Origin: Octopus bimaculoides
Lineage: Eukaryota
Assembly (NCBI RefSeq): GCF_001194135.2
Contig: NC_068993.1
Location: 52,974,565 to 53,038,564, forward strand
DNA length: 64,000 nt
Direction: 5' to 3'
Made by a program: the position numbers and the translations under genes. The notes under the pieces were generated by a model. The model did not search any database and had not been told where the DNA came from. It saw only the letters and a program-made list of their open reading frames with translations. Positions within the stretch are counted from its first letter, which is position 1. The number at the start of each line of letters is the position of its first letter. Positions 26,501-39,597 of this stretch are shown here, one piece after another.

Positions 26501-29500
26501 TTGGGTAAAAATACTTCCTGTTTAATTATGAAATCATAATTAATACTTTTGAGAAGTAAATGATCAAGTGCTGAAGATTGTGGTGAAATGTTTCTCAAGA
26601 TATTTCAATATTACTAACATTTAGATTACAGTCATTGTCTTCTCAATACTTATGTGTCAGGTGTCTGGTACAGTGGGAAATTGGTGACCAGCTTTTCCTG
26701 TGTTAGAATCATTTAAGTTGCTACCAAAGTCAAAGCCTCAGAGAAAGGGATGAATGCTACAATTCTGTCTCCTTTCCTATTCTGTCTTTGGCAAGATATT
26801 TCACTCTCTTTAAGGCTAGAAGTCTAAATATTTAAAAATTTTCTGCATGAAAACTGCATGCATATTTAACTCTTAGGTGTAACAAATATATTATATATTT
26901 GTGAGTGTTATAGTGTACAGCTGGGTAGAAAGGATTTAAGATATGAGGCAGGTAGGTAGAATACAAATATATATATATAGGTTTAGTAATACAAACAGGA
27001 AAATAGAACTCAAAACACATATATTTTTTAATTTAACCAGCACAAGTTACAAACTAATTCAAGAGCTGAGAATTTCATGTATTGCCAATGCATAAAAGTT
27101 TCCATCCTTGAGTCAAGGCTCCGAAAGGGGTTTCAGAGAGTAGCATCCCTGCCTTCCTGAACAAGTTTGCCACCACATTTCTTAAAAATCATGATAGAGG
27201 CCTTGGTCTCAGGTCCACTCGTGTCTAGAAACTGAGGTGGGAGGTAAGCAAGGGCATGCTCCCCATAGAAAATCTAGCCCCCAAAAAGCCTCATGATAGC
27301 AAAGGAGAATGGTCAACAGCCAGCCCAAAAGTTGGGGTGGGCTGCATTTGCCTACCTTGGTTGCTATGGCATTGATGTAGATTTGACCACCCCTGTTAAC
27401 AGGGACAAAACCCGGATTTAAAACACTGGATGGTGATGATGTATATTGTAGCTTAAATCTGCCCTATTGGGCAGCTCTTAAGCTAGCTCCTGTGGAGGGC
27501 TCTTCATTAGGCTTTGGGCCCAACAATGAGACTTCATGCATTGAGTACATGTTAAATTTTATTAAAGTTAAACAATATTTTTCAAGCAATGAACAATTTT
27601 CATTAAAACAATGATATAATTTGTTGACTTGGAATTTATTGCAAAGCTGCATGATAAACAGCAGTACCACCACAATCACCACCACTTCTACCATACACAC
27701 ACCATTCAGCCTTTTTGTGATGGTAACAGGGTGATAGTAATAGTATGAGCTGTAGCTGTGATAGAGGCAGAGGCAGCGGTGGTGGTTGTGGTAGCTGCAG
27801 TGGTCAGAGATGATGGTGAGAGTAAGTGATGTGAAAGACAGTGGTGATGGTGATGGAGGGGAAGGCGGCCAAGTCAAAGGTATTAATGGTGGTGGCATCA
27901 GAAGTTTGAATAGTGTGTATATGGCAGATGTGGTGGCGATGGTGGTAGTACTAAGAAAATGTATATATGGGTGTTCTGTTGCATTAAAAGAATATATTAA
28001 GATATGTACAGCTGGGTAGAGAGAATATGTAATGATATATGGGTGCACAATTATGTACAAAGTTCTGTGCATTTAAGTAAAACATAAATTAACTTAGTTA
28101 TAGGGTTTGTTGTATTGTAGCTGTGTTGTCTTGACTAACTGATCTCTGTAGCTTTGCTGACAACAAGTCTGTTGTACTGCAGTCATGTTGTCATAGTTTC
28201 TATTGTGTGGCAAAATAATTGCACTATCATTATATTGTCACCTTTCTAATTGCATTGGTATAACATTTTCCATGTGTATGCATGTTAATTAGAAACTGTC
28301 CTTAGTCTATTTTCTGTTTCCACATCTACTTTCTCTTCGTTTTCACATCTATTGTCTTTTTTATTTCCACATCTATTGTCTCCTTTCATTTCCACATCTA
28401 CATGTATGTGTGTGTATATATGTATATATATATATATATATATACATACACACAAAACATTGGACTGACTCCTGTGCAGGTGGCATGTAAAAAACACCAT
28501 TTGAGCGTGGCCGTTGCCAGTAGCGCCTGACTGGCCCTCGTGCCGGTGGCATGTAAAAAACACCCACTACACTCTCGGAGTGGTTGGCGTTAGGAAGGGC
28601 ATCCAGCTATAGAAGCTCTGCCAGATCAGATTGTAGTCTGGTGTAGCCATCTGGTTCGCCAGTCCCCAGTCAAATCGTCCAACCCATGCTAGCATGAAAA
28701 GCGGACATTAAATGATGATGACACACGCGCACGCACACACACACACACACAATGCTTCTGTACAGTTTCCATCTATCAGTTTCATTGAGTGGCTGTAGTA
28801 AAACACATTAGAACTCGAAACAACATGGTTACTAAGATAATTCTCTAACCACACAGTTATGCATTGTATATCATAATTTGGATTTACTGAGCTACTTCAC
28901 TAATACTTTCAGTAAATCATGCATATAAAATCTAAATGTGTGGATTGTATTATGTATATGTGTAATAATTTATATAATTACACATGTATAAATATGTTTG
29001 TCACAGACACAGAGACACTATACTCAAGTTTTATTGTAGTCTCTCTGTCATGTACTGATGGTTTCTACTTTTGTAATCTTATTGTCCTTACATTATTTTC
29101 ATCCTTGATCCTATAAATTGAGTAATAATCTTTTAAATCAAACACACTGACACTTTAATCCTGTGAACCCTTTATATGGTTTTTTTCCTGGCCATTTAAC
29201 TGTTTGTTGCACTGTCATTCAAATCTATATAATGCAATAACATTTTCACTATTTCACTTCATTTGCTTTCTTGTGTCACACTTTCAATCTCATTTTCTGA
29301 ATTTCAACATCTTTTTAAGCCTTCTATTTTCATTTCTTCTATTCTTAATTAGTACTTGATTTTTTTGCATTTTAATTTACTCACAAAATAATACTAAATT
29401 CTGCATGTTTGTTCACAACATGGCTACTGAATTAATATGTGGTGGTGATGATGATGGTGTTGTTTTTGTTTAAGACTTTAATTTAAAGTGAGATGTTAGT

Positions 29501-32500
29501 GTTATATGTTATATATCACAGGATTGCTCTCTAAATTACTTTGTTCTAGAATTAGAAATAAAGCCTATTATTACCTCCTTGATTGATATAATTTATTGGG
29601 TACATTGATAAATGTCTTGTTATTTATATCTCTCCATTTATGTTTCCAAAGGCTCCATCAGGGTATGACATAAACTCAACCTCGAAATTACTAGATTTTG
29701 TTCTTTAAGCTGATATGTCACTGATTTACTCTTGAGCACTTTGGAACTGAAATAGAACAAATACAAGGCTGTATAAGCTATAAACTTTTTAAATGTATCA
29801 AATCGGTTAATGAAAAATAAATATTCACTGAACATCGTAAATTTAAAGGCATCTTCTTTCGTTATCATCAACAAAAGCACTTTTCACTTGATTCAATCCC
29901 TCATTTCAAATTTAGTAATTTAATGGTAACATTAGAATATGATGATCAGTTTATCTTGTTTTGATGATAGATGAATATACTCTTTATTTTGGTCATTTAG
30001 GTAAGGCCCTTACAGTTTGCTGCTGTTTTGAGGGAAAATAGATCTTGTGCATTATTGCAAAATCTGTACCAATTTCATTCATGGATAGGTAGTGTGAGTA
30101 TTACTTTGGAGCAACTAGAAGACATTTAACACTTAATGTATCCAGTGACAATGACGAAAAAAAAAAGCAAGGGCACTGAAGTGTCACCTTGAAGTATTTC
30201 TACAATTACATCTTTGTTTCATTGACAGGGGTCAGTGGATTTTGTGTTTGTGTAAAGTACTTTTAATGATATCAATTACCTGTTGAATTATGCCATACAG
30301 CTATAGTATCTTATTGCTACCTCAGTCATACCTATGTCTATAAACATATATAGAGAGAAAAAGAGATAGACAGACAGACACACATGCACACACACACATA
30401 CATACATACATACGAAAGAAAAGACCATAGTAACCTCAGACAATGGAATGCAAAAGTTCGTTAGAGTAAAGTACTCTCTTTCTCTTTGGTTCATAGGATT
30501 ACGCTCAAGGTAGCTCTGTCATTCACATGTGCCAGCCTTGCTACATTCACCCATCTTTTCATGAAACATTCATTAGACAAACCTTCCCTCTCTACTCTCA
30601 CTTTCATTTTCAAGTGATACTTGAAAAAGTTGATGAGTGATTGACCAGAGAGGAAAGTGTTTGTTTCTAGGCCTTTCAAATGCATCCACCATACACATTC
30701 TTTCGCTATAGCCACTAGTACAATGAAAACAGCTCTTCCTTCCCATTTGAAGGAAGGAGGCAGAGCAATATTAATGATAAACCAACTCGTGCCACACATG
30801 ACAACAGTTGTTCAACAGAAGCCCACAAGTAGGAAATGGTTTGACACTGTAGAATGGTTTCGTCACTCTGACCACATCTCAGGCAGGTTGGCCCAGTTTT
30901 CTAGAGCCATACCTGTAGAACTTATCACAAACGGGTAGTACTTTTTGATAGCACTGCCAGGCCAGGGATCTCTGGCAGTTGTCCATAGGTCTCAGCCCGA
31001 AAGTTGTCCTGAAAAGGTAGGTCAGGTATTGCAATGAATCGTCAAATTATTAATAACTGTAGTCACTTTCTAAAATTATTTACTGTGGCAGTACCAACAA
31101 CAGGTTTAGGAGCAGGAAAATAATAACATAAACTTACTGTAAAAAAAAACAATACTTCTTAAATTTTTCCATCAAATTATGAATAATAAAAATCATAAAA
31201 TATGGAATTGTAAATGTTGCATGTAACCCCCTGGTTCCATGATGCAAATTTCCTCTTTTAAAGGCTATAAGTCGAAACCTTCCATCAAAATTTTATGTTG
31301 ATTTATATTTGAAATATCACTTAGCAGTGACAGTTATTTTACTAAATTCTTCAATATTTTTAAAATTAATTGGAACAAAGGTAGTTTATTTCAAGAGAAA
31401 TATGATAACAATAGGGTTAAAATATTTTTTTAAATATTCATTTTAATACCTCCACTAATTTCAGACTTGGCCTTTTGTCACGAACTTTCAACCACATATA
31501 TTTTGTTGATCTTTTCTATAATGAAAAAATCATTCAAATATTATTACTAGAATAGCCATGAGTTTTATTGTGTTATCGCATTGAGAGAAGATGGTGAGCT
31601 GGCAGAGTCATTAGCACAGTGGACAAAATGCTTATTGGTATCTCTTCTGACTTTACATTTCAAATTCCACCAGGGTCAACTTCGTCTTTCATTCCTTTTG
31701 TGGTCCATAAAATAAGTGCTAGTTGAGCACTTGTATCAATGTAATTAACTAATCCCTTCTCCCTAAAAAAAATTTCAAGTTTTGTGCTTATAGCAGAAAG
31801 AATTATTATTATATTGAGAGCTTATGTATGGAAGCCATATTATCTTGTAAAATATATGCATTTGATGTGAAGATCTTAGAACTAATGACTAAAAAACAAA
31901 GGATCAAATTTTTGTTTTTGTTGTTCCTTCCTATTTTAGTAACCCAATGCTTTGTTTTCTTCCATTCTAGGTTTGTTTACCCGAAGATGATAATGATGTA
32001 AATATTGGAATCTTAGATTTTAGTACATTGCTTCTACAGCTTTCTTCACTTCTTTTTTAATTTTAATTTTCATATTTTTCACTAACTTTTGTTTTTGTTT
32101 TTTTTTTTGTTCTTAACCTAATTTCTTTTCTTTTTGCTTTCTTTTCTGTTTATCATGCTAATTTTTCTGAAATTATCATTTCTTTATGTAAATCCCCAAC
32201 CACAACCATATATATATATATATACAGGAAAATGAAGAATAACACAGAATGCCAAACTGGAAGCATATTTTAATAAAGATTTCTAACTGGCTTTCATTGC
32301 GAAGCAAATTTTCAAGAAGGAGAATGAAAATGTTTTTTACAAAGAAGTACAAAATGAAGAAAATAATATATAAAAAAATAAATATACCAATACATTATAT
32401 TGTCTTTGAGCTTTTGAAGTTCAATGGTAATTCATGTATATAATGGTTGGAAAAATAAGGATGCATGAGAATTGAGAGTTGTGTTAGGTTTTAAAAAAGG

Positions 32501-35500
32501 GTTAANNNNNNNNNNNNNNNNNNNNNNNNNNNNNNNNNNNNNNNNNNNNNNNNNNNNNNNNNNNNNNNNNNNNNNNNNNNNNNNNNNNNNNNNNNNNNNN
32601 NNNNNNNNNNNNNNNNNNNNNNNNNNNNNNNNNNNNNNNNNNNNNNNNNNNNNNNNNNNNNNNNNNNNNNNNNNNNNNNNNNNNNNNNNNNNNNNNNNNN
32701 NNNNNNNNNGTTGAAAAAGAGTTCATAACTCCAACTAAAAACATTTGTCTCCCCTTACACACACTTCCTGTTTTGACACCACACTTCCTGCTTAACACAA
32801 ACTTTTAACCCTTTTTTAAAACCTAACACAACTCTCAATTCTCATGCATCCTTATTTTTCCAACCATTATATACATGAACTACCATTGAACTTCAAAAGC
32901 TCAAAGACAATATAATGTATTGGTATATTTATTTTTTTATATATTATTTTCTTCATTTTGTACTTCTTTGTAAAAAACATTTTCATTCTCCTTCTTGAAA
33001 ATTTGCTTCGCAATGAAAGCCAGTTAGAAATCTTTATTAAAATATGCTTCCAGTTTAGCATTCTGCCTTATTCTTCATTTTCCTATTATTTCTTCACGTG
33101 CGGTTAATTCAACCCCACTATTTACTGACATATATATATATATATATATATTGCACATTTTCTAAATGGATATTTTACATTCAACAAAATCTCTTCACTC
33201 TCACAGAGGTATCAAGCCCATGGTTTGATACCTCTCTCTCTTTCTCTCTCTCTCTGCCTCTCTCCTTTTTTCCTTGTATGTGTATGATATATATGTGTGT
33301 GTATTTAATTATAGGATTCAATAGAATCTAGTCACATCAACGCATGATACCAGAAGTGGCTAGGTACAATTTATATATTTGCATATGTATGTATATGCGC
33401 ATTTATGTATGTATAAGTGGACCTAATATAAATGAAAATATATTGCCAAATATCTTCTTTGGCCTCAAGCTGACCAATGAATTACAAGAGGAATTTTCAG
33501 AGGGAAAATTATGTAGATGTTGGCATTTTATGGTGTCACTTGTCACTCTCTGAACAAAATGCGATGTTTACACTCCTCGTTAACATCACAACCTATATCG
33601 CTCTCTATTTTCAAAGACCAAGTAGTAATTAAAAAAAAAAATTAGTCAGTCAGTCACAAGTTTAAATGTTACTGCAGCTCTGGCCCCAGAACAAGACACT
33701 TCATTCTGATTGCCCAAAATATGCCACTGATAAAGTTAGGTTCAATTGCTGTTTTTCACTTGTGTAGTAAGTTGGTAGTATGAAGAGCATTTAGCATTAA
33801 AAACAATTGCTCCAACAACAAAACCACCCCACTTATATCATTCTGGAGAAATTAATGTATGTCATTTTTGAACTTACTGTTGAGAATGTTTCTAATCAAT
33901 TGACATTAATTTGAACTTGTCACAACAGTATAGTATGAACACAGTGTGACAGTCAGTGATAAATGCAGGTATGACCGTGTGGTTAAGAAGTTCACTTATG
34001 AACCACACAACTTAGGGTTTGTTCTAAGGCTGGTGTTTTCTATTATGGCCTCAGGGTCACCAATACTCTATGAGTGGAAGGCTTAGAGTATTCTTACACT
34101 TGAATATTTTTGTTTTGGCTTTGAGCCTACTAATAACACTTTTTCTCCAAATGCTGGGGATTTTTCCCACCTTGTATTTGATAAAGGGAAGCTTTCCCAA
34201 ATATAAAAGAAATATTAAACAACCTATGTGGTTTGATAGAATATCTTGTCTTTGTCTTTATTTCTTGGCATCATCTAACATCTTTTGCCTAATTTCTCAC
34301 CATCATTGCTTAAAGGTCTTCTTAAGAAATATTCATATCAATCTTTTGTTGTATTTTTCTCTCTTTTATAGTAATTTCTATTTAACAATATTAATTCTGT
34401 TTATTAATCTTTTATCTATTTCAACCTCTTAATCTGCCTAATTATTTCTGCTTGCTATCTTTCGGCAATATTAATCCTTTAACATTTAAACCAGTCATAT
34501 AATGCTCAAATATTTTATTAGTTCAAACTTGTGAGATCCAGCTTCTCATACCTACCAGACAAGGTTATTCTAAAAATAAACAATCATATCATAAAAATTT
34601 CAAAGCTGTGAGATAATGCATGATTAATTCAAAACAATGCAAATAAATAAGCATTATATTAAGCTGGATAATCTGAATGTTAAAGGGTTGAAGAATATTT
34701 CTGAATTCATATCTTTGATGCCTACCAAATATAGATTGATTTTTAAATGAAAAGAAAATCAAGTAATTTATTATGTAATTGTCTAACAGTTTATGCATTT
34801 ATATTGTTAAATTATTCATGTGTATATTTTTCAACTTTTTTTCTTTTTGCATGACACTAATATTTTCATTTTCTTGTCATAATCTTTCCCAAAGTTCAAC
34901 TTCATATGAAGTTCTTTGCATTCTTTTTCTATCAATTTCAATGTCTAACTGAGCACTGCAGTTTCTATCTTATCTCACTTCTCATAGAATTCTCTAATCT
35001 GTTTCAAATAATCTTCGCATTTCAGCTTCATTCATTCACATACACAGCAATGTTAAGTTAATCTAATTCACAGAATACTAACTAATTTGTAAATGAAAGT
35101 TTGAATGTGTGTGTGTGTGTGTACATACATACATATATATATATTTTTATATAGGCATTGATTTATTTGCTTGTATTATCAGCTTTAATTACCCATCTTC
35201 CATGATGATATGGGTTGGACAGTTTGACAAGAATCTAGTAGGCCCAAGGTCTGCATCATGCTGCAATGTTGTGTGTGTGTGTGTGTGTGTGTGTCTCCCC
35301 CCCCCCCCACACACACACAGCATCACTTCACAACCAATGGTAGTATCTTTAGTCCCTGTAACCTAGCGGTTTTGCAAAGGGGACTCATAGAATGAGTACT
35401 AGGCTTACAAAAAATAAGACCTGGGGCTGATTTGCTCGACTAAAGGCAGTACTCCAGCATGGCTGCAGTCAAATGACTGAAACAGATAAAAGAATGTGTG

Positions 35501-35509
35501 TATAAATAA

Positions 35510-35544
<35 letters not shown>

Positions 35545-38500
35545 GATGAGAATGTGTGTCTGTCTGTCTATATGAACCCATAAAACTTGAGAACTACACA
35601 AGAGGAACCAAGTGTAAAGCTAATACATATTGGATGAAAAGGGTTGACAGTAACTTCAAAGGCATTGTCAACCTCTTTTTCCTTGAAAAGTATTAAAAAA
35701 CATGTACTCTACTAAAATGTCTTATGTAATCCTTCAGTTTAATGTTAAATTGTTTTTATGTATAAGCTTAATATCTGTATTGATTTAAAAGATTGTTTAT
35801 ATTAATGCAGACATAGAAGTAATTTATTTATTATAAAATATAATAAAATAGATTATCTTTGCATGTTTCAAGTTATAAAACAATTGTTGTGGTATGAATT
35901 TTCAAATGCTTAAATAAATTTTTATCATACTATTCTCTTGTCATTTATAACTTTATATATATATATGTATATAGTCAAATACTTTTGGCATTAAATGAGG
36001 TGAGGTACTTTCATTAGTGTTCCTTATACATGGGCAATGAAAAAAAAGAAATGTTCTTAGTTCTGTTTCTTTTGTATTATTTAAATTTTTCGTCATAACT
36101 GAAATGTATTAGTCTCTTTTGCAGACATCCCATCGGGTTCGTGTATCAACACCTAAACGAGAACACCGCAGAGGTATCGATGTATTTTATGCCAAAATTT
36201 ACATTCGAAGAGCTAATCTGAATGACAGTGGTATATATGTATGTAACGTCAGCAGTTCTAGCTCTATGAGTACTGATGTACACATTTCAGTCTACGGTAT
36301 GTATACAACAAAACTTGCAATTTGATTGGATGTTGATGTTTTGACATTGTTGATCTGAATAGGAATTAATCATCATTTCACAAATTTAATGTATGGAAGA
36401 GTGAAATGCTAATTAAAGAATGATATTGATTTTATGTTTATCTTCTGATAAAGGACAGCTATAAGGTTAAGAAGTTCATATATTGTGTTTGCGTGTACCA
36501 TTGTCTTGACATGTGATGGTTGTATACAAGCATGAATGTCATACAAGCGATGTTGTTTGTTTCTAGCCTTCAACGAAAAATATGTCTGGCCATGGAGACA
36601 TATTTCCTTCCTTGGGAACAGGTAAAGTTTGATGACAGGAAAGGAATCCAGCCAAAGAAAATCTGCCTCAACAAATTCCATCTGACTCATACAGGCATGG
36701 AAAGGTGGATGTAAAATGACAATGATGAATTTAAATTGTAGATCATTGTGAAGGCATGTTGCCAAATTGTTAGGATGATTTCAATTCCCAGGTGGTGCAG
36801 TGGATAGCATTCTTGAGTAAATTCCTTCATTTTAAGTTGCTTCAGTCTACTTAACTGTGAATTCCAGTAATAGCTGAAAAGTTAGCCCTTCTCAGGTGTC
36901 CACTTCGTGAGGGGAGTGTTGTAATCTCAACCACTAATAATGTGGTTTGTGACATACCTAAGTTGGTGTCCCCAACCTGTACATTGGCTGCTGGTTTCAG
37001 TGGTCAGGTGTTTGGTTGTGCTCCTGACCATGCTCACGAATGTGCTCAGTTCTGTGCTTCTGCTCTTGCTCATTCTTGCCCTCTCTTTGGCCGACAATAG
37101 TGCTGCTTTCCGTATTGTGCCTGGCACCAATAGCTGAGCAGAACTGTGCCATGACTGGTGGGTTGGGCACAGTGGAATTACTACACTGATAGGGACCATT
37201 GCACCCAAGTGGGATCCAGACTTACTACATAGGATCTTGTTGATCAGCTGAGGTTTGTGTGAAAGGGTGGTTTTCATTCTCTTCTGCTTTGCAATTATCA
37301 CTGTAGGTTCATGCCTCTTGACCCTACATGACCAGTAAATTCTCAATATACTGCCACTGTCACCTCATCCATTTGCATATGTGTATCCTTGCCTCAGATA
37401 AAATGAAAATTAAATAAAATTTCATATTTTCATTTGTAGAAAAAGAATTTGTATATTTAAACAACTCTGAAAAATTGGTTCGAGTGAGTGAAGATAAAGA
37501 CAGGGTGTATCTGACAGCTAACTATGTCTCCTTTCGTAAACCTAATATAACATGGTTCAAAAATAGTGAGATAATCATGGAGGGTATAAAATATGAAATC
37601 CGGTGAGTGAATTTTTTAATTTTTTTTTGCTAATATATAACATGTCTGTCAACTTAATTATTAATGTGAACTTTGTTTTTACATCAATTTCTCATTTAGG
37701 CACAAAATCAGATTTATATGACTTAAGGAATAAAGAATTTGGGTGATAGAGACCTTGAATAAGGTTACAGGCATTGACATTGTATTCTAAGTCATGTAAA
37801 AAATTATGGATATCAACCTAGTGAATCTCTCATCAATACCAAGGTTAATGGGATGAAGTCTATGCTTCACTGAGGAGGTCTAATAAGACTGAAATATGCC
37901 AATAGTCATCCCTTTTATTTGTGAAAAATTATTAAATATAATTCTAATTCCAGTTTCCTTTTCCCTAACCCTTTTGTTTTTAATAGTCACCTTTCTAATA
38001 TATTGTTTTTATATTGCTGCTTGTCTTAAGTATCAGGTTTTAAAAAAAAGTAGTGAGGTCAAGGCAGTGCTCCAGTATGGCAGTAGTCCAGTAACTGAAA
38101 CAAGAGAAAGATAAAATAATTCAGCAAAGCATAATGACTTAAAGAATCCACTTTAATGCTTTGTTGTTATTTTTTCTCCTTTTGATCATCAGAATTTGTC
38201 CATCCTGTTGCTAGACTCTTACTTTGTCATTTTAGATAGATTAACTGAACTGAAAATGATACTTCTGAAAATATTTTCTTTTATTTCTGTTTTGATAAAT
38301 ATTTTTACGGGCACATGCATGGCTATGTGTATGGTTTTGGAGCCCATCAGCTTAGTTATCACTAAGTTGTCTTAGTTATTAACTTAGTTGTCTTGAGTTC
38401 TATTTCATTGTGTGACATCTTGGGCAAATTTCTGTTGTGGCCTTGACTGATAAATGCCTTGTGAGTGAAACTAGTTGGCCAAAATTGTATGAAAGCCTGC

Positions 38501-39565
38501 TGTGTATGTGTGTATACACATGCAAGTCTTTTTGAATGTTATATGTCATATACTCACATGCAAAGTAGTTAGTTAAAAAAACAAACTGTGTACATTCGAA
38601 GATAAGAGGAATAAAAAAATTAATACTTGAAAAATTGGTAAGGTTAGTTACAGGAATGGTACCCGTATGCAAAATACTGCCCTAAAGAAGCATCTATGTA
38701 AGATGTGCCAGGAAAATGGACATAATACAAATGAAGGAATTTTACTTCTTGTTGATATCAAGCAGTTTGTTATTTTCTTTATCTCAAACCACAATAAGTA
38801 TTTCATTAAAATTTAATTAAAGGTTTACTTCTTTAACAGCATAATCGATACAGTACTGGATCTGGTGATTTACAATCCTAAGTATGAAGATAGTGGTAAT
38901 TATACAGTGTTTGCTGTAACAAAAGATATGAACAGTACCTTGAGCCTTATGCTTGTAGTTATTGGTAAGTCAACACTTAGACTCTCTTTAACCCTTTTGT
39001 GCTCATATTTCAGATGAAACACCTTACTTATATATCAATTAACCTTGAAAGTAACTTAGTTTTGTTCATTGATTGATGTATTAACCTGGTATTCAGAATG
39101 CAACAACAAAAAATTTCTTGTATAGTTTGGTGTTAAGTACATCCAACTGTAAAATACTTGCCAAAGGAGACAGTGGAACTTGGAACAGTCCTCGGTATTA
39201 CCAGCTCCTGTCAAATCATCCAGTCCATGCCAGCATGGTAGACAGACATTAAATAATGATGAATTATAATGGAAGGTTTTAATTTAAATATTCATGGTTG
39301 TGTGGTGTGGTTGTAAAGTTCCTGTCCCAACCACATTGTTTCAGGTTCAGCCCCCATGTGCAGCAACTTGGGCAAATGTCTTTTACTTTAGCCCTGAGTG
39401 ACCAAAGTCTTATGAGTATATCTGGTAGAAGGAAACTGAAAGACCCTCTTTTTGTATATGTATGTGTGTGTGTGTGAGTGTATATGCATGCATGTGTGTA
39501 TGTCTTTGTTTACTTTTACTTTTGTGTTCACTTTACAAATGTAACAAGCTGCAAGTATTGATATA

Positions 39566-39597
<32 letters not shown>

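Noticed and set aside
27464-28072. 202-aa minus-strand ORF
   Set aside because: Spans a (GGT/GAT)-rich low-complexity tract; composition artefact.
32472-32798. ORFs running through X residues
   Set aside because: Created by the N gap.
36900-37346. 139-aa minus ORF and 65-aa hydrophobic plus ORF in a GC-richer patch
   Set aside because: No splice sites in phase with the gene and no recognisable domain; most likely a retroelement 5' region.
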